DNA of 64,000 bases from a virus: IMG/VR virus record IMGVR_UViG_3300044986_000731, positions 1 through 64,000 of that record; one strand, given 5' to 3'. Positions within the stretch are counted from its first letter, which is position 1. Each line of letters starts with the position of its first letter. The notes under the pieces are model-generated. The model searched no databases and had not been told where the DNA came from. It saw only the letters and a list, made by a program, of their open reading frames with translations. This document shows positions 55,695 to 63,618 of this stretch, piece by piece. The translations under genes and the position numbers were made by a program.

Positions 55695-58084
55695 TGCCGA
55701 GTCTTTCGACACAGGCCCGTATCGCGAGCCTGACGGCGTTTGCCGAGGCCCGAGCAGGCGACTGCGGGCGGGACAGCGGGCGGTTCGCGAAGGGGAATAA
55801 CTGCCAGTCATCGGCTGCTTCGCCGCCACGGCCGAAGACTCTTGAGCAGGAGCGGATCGACGCTGCGAGAGACGAGGGCGAGGAGCCTGAGCAGGCCACG
55901 AAGGCTGACGTCACTGAAGACGTGAAGACGTACATCCGACTGTCCGGCTACGGCTGGGCTGAGTTCGTGCGCAAGTCTCAGTCGCACAGCCCCGACACGA
56001 TTCGCAATGCGAGGCACGCGAAGAACAAGGCCGTGCAAATCTACCGCGAAGAGGGCGCCGCCGGTTTCGGGCGATACCTCGAAGAGATCGGCCTGCGAAG
56101 TCTAAGCCCGACCGAGGCTCGCCGCATCAGGCCGATCAGGCAACGCCCGTCCCTGCCGGGACAGATGCGGCTGCCTCTCTCCGGTGACAACTGCGAGCGA
56201 AATCCGGGGGGCACGTTCGCGAAGGGCAATACGTGCCAAGAAGGCGCCGGCCTGTCGCGAGATGAGCAGGAGAATACTGGGAGGCTTTACGACAGACTGT
56301 CCTCGACTGAAGAGCCATTTATTACGCTGGGGCCGAGCGAGGCTGCCAAGACTCCGGGGTTTGAAAAAGCCCATCAGGTGAGCGTAAGTAGCCCGAACGA
56401 CGTATCGCGGATACTTCGCGAGAACAGCGTAAACACAAAGCAACTCGCCGCGCTTGGTGTCGCCACTGAGCCGGGCGCGAAAGTTACAGTGTCGGGATAC
56501 GGAAACAGGCTTGTCGTTAGGTCAAATATCCCGGTCCCTATTTCAGCCGAAGAACTAGTCGCAGCCGGGGCTGTCAGCCCCGGACAATCCGCGCAGGAAA
56601 AGGCAGCAGAAGTAATCGCAGATACAGGCGCCCACATCAGCATTGACATGACGCTTGGTGGCGTCGACAGCCAAATTCATTACGGACTCTTTCAGGTCAG
56701 CCACAGTATTCAAAACGCTATCGCCATGCACGCATCTGTTCAGGAGTCGCCAGACGGCCCTTGGACTGACGAGCAAAAGGCTCTTGCGGAACTGGGAAAT
56801 AAAGCCAACCGTTTTTTCGGCGGCGCAATCATAGACCTCATGGGCCAGTCTCTTTTTGAGGCTGAAAAAGCGGGAATTCATACGGCCGAGACAAGCGCCG
56901 TTGGTCGTGGACGAGGGGGCGGTCAAGGAGCAGGTCGGGCCGACTCATTTACTTTCAAAGGGTACTCGCTGTGGCCGAGGTTCGGGTTCGACGGCGAGAT
57001 TCCTTCTTCTACTCAGATTCAGATCGACCCGATTCTGCGGGAAATTTTCGCGGAGGGGCCTGACTCTCCGAGGCGTCGCGTTCTCACTGAGGATGGCTGG
57101 GAAAAATGGCAGAGCGGCTCGATGCGTATTCAAGACCTCGTCGAGACTCCGCAGGGCGAACGGATGTGGCGAGACTACGGATCGTCAGCCCACATGTCTA
57201 TCGACTTTCGCGACAAGGAGTCGAAGGGATACAAGAAATTCACAGAGGCAAAGGAAACGGCTTCTCGCGCGAAGCGGCGGCGAGAAAGACGCGACTTGTC
57301 TCAGTGGCTCTGGGACACTGACTTCCGCTTCGATCCCGAGATTTTCTTCGTCGAACGACGAATGACTCGGTTTCTCGAATCGCGAAACTGCGGCACCGGA
57401 GCCGGCGGCTTCCAGAAGGGCAACACCTGCGGAGGCGTCGCTGCCGACGTCGCCGCATCGGCAGCCGAGGGTGCAGTCACAGGCGCTGCCGTGGCTGCCG
57501 GCAAGACGGCGTTCTTCCCGCCGACCGTTGCGACGGGAGCCGCCGTCGGCGCTGCATACGGCGTGATCGGTGGTCTCTACGACGCAGCGATGTCCCCTAC
57601 GCGGGCTGGCAAAGCCATCGCGGCTGTCGGCAGCACGGACGAGAAGGTCGCGACTCTCGTGAAAGGCCTCGGAGGCTCACCGAAGTCTGTGGCGAAGTCG
57701 AAAGACGGCAAGAGGCTGACGCTCGATATCAAGGGCAGCAAGGGCGAGTCAAAGTTCCGGGTCGAGATCGAGAAGGACTCGATCACCATCACGCCGTCGA
57801 AAGAAAAACTGAGCGACGACGAGGTCGAGACGATCAAGCAGGTGGCGGCTGATCACTCCGGCAGAGAGGTGAGGGTCATCGTCGACAAGGTGCCTGTCTC
57901 GACCATGAGCAAACTGGCGAAGGCCGGGTTCCGAATCGGCGTGACGGTGACTGGCGCAATGGCCGCAGGCCTGCTGGTCCCCATGATTCCGTCGGTGGCC
58001 GGCACCGCAATCGAGAAGGTGGGCGGTCTCGACATCGAGAAGTCCGGAGTGCTGAAGCCGATCGACAAGGTGTTCGGTCTGTAA
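55694..58084 (+). CDS. 796-aa tagged polyprotein (three tags; GY.LWP.FGFD domain; Gly/Ala-rich hydrophobic C-terminal module)
   Basis: tags at 55763, 56192 and 57389. Confidence 0.8.
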   Translation: MPSLSTQARIASLTAFAEARAGDCGRDSGRFAKGNNCQSSAASPPRPKTLEQERIDAARDEGEEPEQATKADVTEDVKTYIRLSGYGWAEFVRKSQSHSPDTIRNARHAKNKAVQIYREEGAAGFGRYLEEIGLRSLSPTEARRIRPIRQRPSLPGQMRLPLSGDNCERNPGGTFAKGNTCQEGAGLSRDEQENTGRLYDRLSSTEEPFITLGPSEAAKTPGFEKAHQVSVSSPNDVSRILRENSVNTKQLAALGVATEPGAKVTVSGYGNRLVVRSNIPVPISAEELVAAGAVSPGQSAQEKAAEVIADTGAHISIDMTLGGVDSQIHYGLFQVSHSIQNAIAMHASVQESPDGPWTDEQKALAELGNKANRFFGGAIIDLMGQSLFEAEKAGIHTAETSAVGRGRGGGQGAGRADSFTFKGYSLWPRFGFDGEIPSSTQIQIDPILREIFAEGPDSPRRRVLTEDGWEKWQSGSMRIQDLVETPQGERMWRDYGSSAHMSIDFRDKESKGYKKFTEAKETASRAKRRRERRDLSQWLWDTDFRFDPEIFFVERRMTRFLESRNCGTGAGGFQKGNTCGGVAADVAASAAEGAVTGAAVAAGKTAFFPPTVATGAAVGAAYGVIGGLYDAAMSPTRAGKAIAAVGSTDEKVATLVKGLGGSPKSVAKSKDGKRLTLDIKGSKGESKFRVEIEKDSITITPSKEKLSDDEVETIKQVAADHSGREVRVIVDKVPVSTMSKLAKAGFRIGVTVTGAMAAGLLVPMIPSVAGTAIEKVGGLDIEKSGVLKPIDKVFGL

Positions 58085-58099
58085 TCACGGAGGCACATC

Positions 58100-58273
58100 G
58101 TGCAATCAGGCGACAGGTGTCGCATCTGCGGCAAGGGCCGCATGACCACTCGCACCAGCAAGCCCGCTGGCGACAACCAAGTGCGATACCTGCGATGCGG
58201 GTGCTGCGGCGCTCAGGCGCGGTCAGTTGTCCCCGTCGACCGAGCGTGGCGTCGCGCGGAAAAAGTTGTGTGA
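58100..58273 (+). CDS. Ogr/Delta-like zinc-finger transcriptional activator
   Basis: GGAGG RBS, GTG; CRIC...TTRTS....VRY..CGCC; 57 aa, not in the ORF track. Confidence 0.55.
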   Translation: MQSGDRCRICGKGRMTTRTSKPAGDNQVRYLRCGCCGAQARSVVPVDRAWRRAEKVV

Positions 58274-58287
58274 AACAACTTTTTTTT
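58260..58287 (+). terminator. AT-rich inverted repeat with T-tract (terminator or protein-binding site)
   Basis: AAAAAGTTGT-GTGAA-ACAACTTTTT-TTT. Confidence 0.5.
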
Positions 58288-58382
58288 GCTTTCGCCTTCT
58301 TGGGGGCGTGTGTGCGAGAGATGTAGTGTGAGGAAAGCCCGCCACAGGGGCGCTCACACACACCCGCAGGGACATACCAGTC

Positions 58383-59894
58383 ATGGACTCGTCTGCCAAG
58401 GTCAAGTCGCTCCTCGATGAACTCGCCGCCGTTCTCGCTGAGATGGGCGCGATGCAGGACGAGGAGGCCCCCGCCGAGCGCATGTACGGCGAGGACGAGC
58501 CGAAGGAAGACGAGAAGCGGGAGATGCCCGAGGGCGAGGGCGAGGACGAGGACGAGGACGAGGTCGAGGAGAACGGCTACGCCCCGAAGGACGTCGAGGA
58601 CACCGAGGCCACTCCTGCCGAGGGCGACGACGAGAAGGAGCGGAAACTCCGCTGCCTCTGCTCCCGCGCGGAGAAACTCCGCAAGAGGATCACCTTCTAC
58701 GAAGGCATCCAGAAGAAAGAACTCGAACTGCGATCGGTGCTCGATAAGGCGACCCCGGCCGAGGTCGCTGGTTACCCCACTCGGGAGAAGCGGAACGTGC
58801 ACATCTACCACAACCTGCCGGGCGCCGGCCGTCTGAAGAACTTCAAGGGCGCGAACGCCGAGGAGCGGGCTTACCGCGCCGGCCAGTACTTCCGCGCCAC
58901 GCTGCTCGGCGACAAGAACGCCGCTCGGTGGTGTTCTGACCACGGCGTCGAGTCTCGTGCACAGTCCGAAGGCGTGAACTCGAAGGGCGGTGTGTTTTTG
59001 CAGGAGGAGGTTCTCAACGAGGTGATCGTCCTCACCGAGGAGTATGGGGCCTTCCCTGCGAACGCTCGAAACATCCAGATGAAGTCGGACACCCTCGTGG
59101 TGCCTCGACGGACTGGCGGTCTCAGCGCGTATTTCGTCGGGGAGAATTCGAGTATCCCCGATTCCGACGCTAGTTGGGATCGCGTGCAGATCGTAGCCAA
59201 GAAGGCTGCGGTCTCGAACCGCCTCAGCACCGAGGTGATGGACGACTCTGCGATTTCTCTCGGTGACTATTTGGTAGGCGAAATTTCGAGAAGCCTCAGC
59301 GAACTCGTGGACACCGTCGGGTTCGTGGGGACAGGGAGCGGTGACCACGGTGGAATCGTCGGAGCATGCACCAAGATCGTCGACGGCACGCATGACGCCA
59401 GCGTCGTGACCGCCGCCGCCGGCAACACCGGTGCCCTGACCCTCGACATCGACGACCTGATCGCTTGTGCAGGTCGACTCCCGCTCTTTGCGAGGGCGAA
59501 TGCCAAGTGGTATTGCAGTCCCGCAGTTTTCGCGGCCTCCGTGCAGCGGCTCGGCCTCGTGAACAACGTCGGACTCTCGGGTGGCAACACGGCTGCGAAC
59601 CTCGCTTCGCCCGCCGAACTTCGCCTGCTCGGTGCCCCGGTGGTGTTCGTCCACACGATGAGCAACGTGATCGGCGCCGACCCCGGCGTGGTCAAGTTTC
59701 TCTACGGTGACCTCTCCATGTCGTCGATGTACGCGACTCGTCGCGGCCTGACCGTGAAGAAGTCGGACGAGCGGTACATCGAGCAGGATCAGTCGTTGAT
59801 CGTCTGTTCAATGAGGTTTGACTGCGTTACGCATGACTGCGGCGACCAAGTCAAGGCCGGACCGATCGTGGCTCTCAAGACTGCGGCTTCGTGA
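58383..59894 (+). CDS. major capsid protein, HK97 fold, with acidic N-terminal delta/scaffold domain
   Basis: ESRAQSEG..SKGG.F predicted mature start; AYFVGE, S.EVMDDS, G.G...GI, LLGAPV, YGDLS. Confidence 0.92.
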   Translation: MDSSAKVKSLLDELAAVLAEMGAMQDEEAPAERMYGEDEPKEDEKREMPEGEGEDEDEDEVEENGYAPKDVEDTEATPAEGDDEKERKLRCLCSRAEKLRKRITFYEGIQKKELELRSVLDKATPAEVAGYPTREKRNVHIYHNLPGAGRLKNFKGANAEERAYRAGQYFRATLLGDKNAARWCSDHGVESRAQSEGVNSKGGVFLQEEVLNEVIVLTEEYGAFPANARNIQMKSDTLVVPRRTGGLSAYFVGENSSIPDSDASWDRVQIVAKKAAVSNRLSTEVMDDSAISLGDYLVGEISRSLSELVDTVGFVGTGSGDHGGIVGACTKIVDGTHDASVVTAAAGNTGALTLDIDDLIACAGRLPLFARANAKWYCSPAVFAASVQRLGLVNNVGLSGGNTAANLASPAELRLLGAPVVFVHTMSNVIGADPGVVKFLYGDLSMSSMYATRRGLTVKKSDERYIEQDQSLIVCSMRFDCVTHDCGDQVKAGPIVALKTAAS

Positions 59895-59919
59895 TAACTC
59901 TCTCTCGGAGACTCTGAAC

Positions 59920-60345
59920 GTGAATCATCTGGAAGGCACCAAGACCGTCGCGAAGATCGCAACCGTGGCCGCTGACGGCGGCGCGTTCTCCCACGAGATC
60001 GACACGCTGTACAGCGACTACGTCTCGATCGACGTCGTTTACTCGACGTTGACCGCGACTGCTGCGGCGTACTCGACGAGCCTGAAACTCCAGCAGAGCG
60101 ACACGGCAGGGAGCGGCCAGACCGACATCGGCGGCGTGTTCACCGTGACGCCTGTTGCTGGCGTGACGACCGGCAACCACATCTGCCGGTTCAACGTCGA
60201 CATGCGTGGCAAGAAGCGATACCTGACGGTCGTCGCCAACCCGGCGAAGCCCGCCACGGTCGCCAGCGTCGCGCGTCTCGACAAGATCGAGGACATGCCG
60301 ACGACTGCGGCCAAGGCCGGCGTGAGCAATTACGTCAGCGGCTGA
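59920..60345 (+). CDS. putative head decoration/cement protein
   Basis: directly after the capsid gene; IDT...D, KLQQSD, KKRYL.V. Confidence 0.55.
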   Translation: MNHLEGTKTVAKIATVAADGGAFSHEIDTLYSDYVSIDVVYSTLTATAAAYSTSLKLQQSDTAGSGQTDIGGVFTVTPVAGVTTGNHICRFNVDMRGKKRYLTVVANPAKPATVASVARLDKIEDMPTTAAKAGVSNYVSG

Positions 60346-60370
60346 TCGCAGCACGCGAGACTCTAGGTCG

Positions 60371-60419
60371 AGCCAAGGACGGCTGGGCCACGGAGGGTCA
60401 CAGCGGGCAGGGAAGCCCG
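60371..60419 (+). promoter_or_regulatory. three tandem ANGGAN-hexaloop hairpins (CsrA/RsmA-binding-like)
   Basis: AGCC-AAGGAC-GGCT, GGCC-ACGGAG-GGTC, CGGGC-AGGGAA-GCCCG. Confidence 0.55.
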
Positions 60420-60447
60420 AGCCGCCACCACGAGGCTCTGGGTACCT

Positions 60448-61239
60448 ATGCGCATCGTAGTCGGAAACGTCGAGCACGATATCAAGATCGCGGCCGTACT
60501 CTCGGCGCCGCGACTTGGTTTCATGGACAACTACTACTGCTCCGTGCAGGCGTTCACTCAGTTCCAGATTCCTATCACCAAAGGGACTGGCGCGTTCTGG
60601 GACCAGACCATGTCGCGGCTCCTCGACGAAGCGTCGAAGCCCGAGCACGGCAATACGTTCGTGATCACGATGGATTACGACAGCGTGTTCGAGCCGGAGT
60701 GCGTCTCTCGCCTCGTTTCGACGGCCCTGATCTCTGGATACGATGCCGTGGCGCCGCTCCAGACGAAGCGAGACGACCAGAAACTCATGTTCACGCCTGC
60801 CGGCATGGCGGGGCACACAGGCGAAGTCACGCTGCCGCTCGACTGGTGGGAGAAGCCCGCGCAGCCAGCCGACACAGCGCACTTCGGTTTGACGGTGCTG
60901 CGTTGCGAGGCGATTCGCCGAATGCCGAAGCCGTGGTTCCTCGGCACGCCAAACTCTCGCGGAGACTGGGGTGACGTCGGGGAGGGCGAGACTGCCCGCA
61001 CCGACCCGGACATCCACTACTGGAGGCAGTGGCGGGCGTGCGGCAATACGCTCGCGATCAGCCCACAAGTCTCGATCGGCCACGCCGAACTCGTGATCAC
61101 ATGGCCGGATCAGCGTCTGAAGGCCATCCACCAGTACCCGACGCATTTTTGGCACGCTGGAGGCCGTCGACCGGCCGAGGCGTGGGGTTCCCCAGAGCAC
61201 GCAGTTGCGTCGTCGAACAGACAGCAGGGAGGTAACTGA
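60448..61239 (+). CDS. GT-A glycosyltransferase-like protein in the head module
   Basis: ITMDYDSVF (DxD), HFGLTVL, MPKPWF, DPDIHYW, IGH. Confidence 0.65.
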   Translation: MRIVVGNVEHDIKIAAVLSAPRLGFMDNYYCSVQAFTQFQIPITKGTGAFWDQTMSRLLDEASKPEHGNTFVITMDYDSVFEPECVSRLVSTALISGYDAVAPLQTKRDDQKLMFTPAGMAGHTGEVTLPLDWWEKPAQPADTAHFGLTVLRCEAIRRMPKPWFLGTPNSRGDWGDVGEGETARTDPDIHYWRQWRACGNTLAISPQVSIGHAELVITWPDQRLKAIHQYPTHFWHAGGRRPAEAWGSPEHAVASSNRQQGGN

Positions 61240-61481
61240 TGGAAGTGCGAATGCTCCGAGACTGGTCGTATCACAAGCAGGGCGAGATCGTTGAGGTGTG
61301 GGAGCCGACGGCTCGAAACTGGATGCTCAATGGCATCGCGGAAGAGGTCGTCGTTCGCCCGCCAGCCCCAGAGCCGACCCCCGAGGTGCGTGACGTCGCC
61401 CCCGAGCCTGTCGTCGAGTCGGCAGAGGCACCTGAGCCGGACGACGTCGAGCGGGCTGATCGTCGCCCGAAGCGGCGATGA
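61239..61481 (+). CDS. small head-associated hypothetical protein
   Basis: GEIVEV....A..W...GIAE; acidic Pro-rich tail. Confidence 0.65.
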   Translation: MEVRMLRDWSYHKQGEIVEVWEPTARNWMLNGIAEEVVVRPPAPEPTPEVRDVAPEPVVESAEAPEPDDVERADRRPKRR

Positions 61482-62104
61482 ACTCGTACTTCGTCTCCGG
61501 GGCCGGTCCGTTTCGGTACCGGTCGCTGACCGTAGCCACGCCACCGGTGATCTACCCGGTGTCTCTGGCTGCGGCAAAGGCCCACCTGCGAGTCGACGAG
61601 GACTTCCTCGACGACGACGCCTATATCCAGACCCTGATCGCAGCCGCGACTGACCACGTTGAGGGCGTGTCTGATCGCACGCTGATCAGGCGTCAGTACC
61701 GCATGCGGTTCGATCTCTTCCCGGCATGGGACATCCCGCTGCCAAGGCCACCGATCGCGACCGGCCCGATCGAGGTCTCGTACATCCCGTCGGACGGCGT
61801 TTACTCGCCTGTCTCGCACACGAACTTTCGCGAGGACCGAGACGCGACGCCGGCGGTCATCAGACCTCAGTGGAACGGCACATGGCCGACCGCTCGCGGT
61901 GCCGAGAACGACGTGACGGTGACCTATTGGGCGGGCTACGGCGAGGACACGACTTCGTGCCCGACGCCGGCTAGGCACTGCATCTTGATGATCGCGTCGC
62001 ACTGGTACTCGACGAGAGAGTCGGTGATCCAAGGCGGCATGAACCCGGTTCCGATGTCAGTCGAGGTGCTCCTCGGCTCGATCAACTGGGGGCAGTACCG
62101 CTGA
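61478..62104 (+). CDS. head-tail connector (gp6/phiE125 gp8-like)
   Basis: PVSLAAAKAHLRVD...DD.YI..LI.AA...E; V.VTY.AGYG; HWY..RE. Confidence 0.88.
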   Translation: MNSYFVSGAGPFRYRSLTVATPPVIYPVSLAAAKAHLRVDEDFLDDDAYIQTLIAAATDHVEGVSDRTLIRRQYRMRFDLFPAWDIPLPRPPIATGPIEVSYIPSDGVYSPVSHTNFREDRDATPAVIRPQWNGTWPTARGAENDVTVTYWAGYGEDTTSCPTPARHCILMIASHWYSTRESVIQGGMNPVPMSVEVLLGSINWGQYR

Positions 62105-62445
62105 TGGAAAGGCCACTGCGAGCCGGAGACTTGCGAGAGTCGGTGGTAGTCGAGCAGCCGACGGAGACGACGAACGACTACGGCGAGACCACGGCATCAT
62201 GGTCAACGAAGGCCCGGCGGCGGGCGGCGATTCGCGGGCTTCGCGTTGACGAACTGATGATGGCTCAGGGCATGTATACGGTTGCGACGCACGAGGTCGA
62301 GTTCCGTTACGTCGACGGCCTGACGAATGACATGCGGCTGATTTGGACGAGCCGCACACCGTCGCGAACGCTCGACATTGTCTCGATCACGGAAGTGAAC
62401 AATCGCGAGTACCACAGGCTCGTTGTCAAGGAGCAGGTGGGATGA
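62104..62445 (+). CDS. head closure protein (SPP1 gp16-like)
   Basis: AGDLRE.V.VEQ.....DYG....W; THEV..RY..G....MR. Confidence 0.85.
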   Translation: MERPLRAGDLRESVVVEQPTETTNDYGETTASWSTKARRRAAIRGLRVDELMMAQGMYTVATHEVEFRYVDGLTNDMRLIWTSRTPSRTLDIVSITEVNNREYHRLVVKEQVG

Positions 62446-62858
62446 CGCAGTCGTTTGTACTGGAAGGCAGCGAGGCCCTTTTTGAGGCACTGCGTGAGAT
62501 TCCAGAGAAACTTCCTGTCAGCAGCGAGACCGAGCGGACCGCCGCGATTCTTGCGGACAGGGTCAAGGAAAGCACTCCGCCCGGCTACAACAAGAAACTC
62601 GACCAGTCCGTCCTGTATGTCGCCGAATCTCCAGACGAGTACCTGATCGGCTACGAACGCGGAGTAGAGACGGCAGGAGGCCCGGACCTCGACAGCGTCA
62701 CTCGCCCCCGCACCAGAGGCAGGAGCGTTCTGAGTCGCCCACGGCGTGAATGGGTCGACACCGACAGGCTCGCGTCCGTGCTGGAGCAGACGTTCGAGGA
62801 TTACGCCAAGGAAACCGTGAGGAGCCTCGCCGATGGCGTCGCCCGAGGTCTGGCTTAG
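62442..62858 (+). CDS. HK97 gp10-like neck/tail component
   Basis: position; LEG.EAL..AL......AA.I...VK..TP. Confidence 0.55.
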   Translation: MTQSFVLEGSEALFEALREIPEKLPVSSETERTAAILADRVKESTPPGYNKKLDQSVLYVAESPDEYLIGYERGVETAGGPDLDSVTRPRTRGRSVLSRPRREWVDTDRLASVLEQTFEDYAKETVRSLADGVARGLA

Positions 62859-63240
62859 AAGCCGCATCGACGCTGCCACGACGGCCGGCGTCCATCCGCT
62901 CCTCGCCCCGCAAAACACGGCATTCCCAGTGGTCGTCTACCGACGCACGGGAACCCGCCGTGAGCGGGACATGATTGGAAACGTCGGTCGCCCGGTGGCG
63001 ACGTTTTCCGTGTCGATGGTTGCCGAAACGTACACAGAGGTAAAGGACATAGCCGACTCTGTTCGTCTTTCGGTCGACAACTTTACGGGCACCCACCCGG
63101 GCGTGACAATTGTAAATACATCGCTTGTTTCCGAATCGGACAACATGGAGCGTCCGAACGAGGGGCAGGCGAAGCCACTGTACAGGGTCGATCAGGTCTA
63201 CGAGGTGCGGTTTCACGAGAGCGTCCAAGGAGGGGCGTGA
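62833..63240 (+). CDS. tail terminator (DUF3168-like)
   Basis: VHPL.AP....P.VVY.R; ETY.EVK.IAD.VR. Confidence 0.75.
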   Translation: MASPEVWLRSRIDAATTAGVHPLLAPQNTAFPVVVYRRTGTRRERDMIGNVGRPVATFSVSMVAETYTEVKDIADSVRLSVDNFTGTHPGVTIVNTSLVSESDNMERPNEGQAKPLYRVDQVYEVRFHESVQGGA

Positions 63241-63243
63241 CAC

Positions 63244-63615
63244 ATGGCTTACGAGTCTTCACAGGGAATCTCGTTCGTTTTTTCGGGGGACGAGTTCGCG
63301 CTCACCTCAATCAGCGTCAGCAAGGGCGCTGCCGAAGTCGACACGAGCGACCTGAAGTTGGCGTACGGCTCCGAGCGCAAGTATCGCATCTCGCCGCTTC
63401 GCGACGGCGCGGAACTTCAGGTCGAGTTCTTCGGCATGAAACTCCCGCAGCAGACGGCGACCGGTGCGATTACGTGGTCGGTCGACGGCAGCGGAAGCAA
63501 TGCGGCCTTCACGACCGGACTCCCGACGGTGGCTCTGTGCACGTCGGCGTCCGTGCAGGCTGCGGCCGGCGAACTCATCAGGGGTTCGGCGACCTTCCGT
63601 CTGACGGCCGGCTAG
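63244..63615 (+). CDS. putative tail tube protein
   Basis: position; SQG..F, E.D.S.L, AGELIRGSATF. Confidence 0.55.
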   Translation: MAYESSQGISFVFSGDEFALTSISVSKGAAEVDTSDLKLAYGSERKYRISPLRDGAELQVEFFGMKLPQQTATGAITWSVDGSGSNAAFTTGLPTVALCTSASVQAAAGELIRGSATFRLTAG

Positions 63616-63618
63616 TCC

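Noticed and set aside
57876-61200. Long minus-strand ORFs (592 aa, 441 aa) and similar ones such as 2620-3705 and 52320-53294
   Set aside because: Antisense shadows of well-supported plus-strand genes in GC-rich DNA; no recognisable motifs
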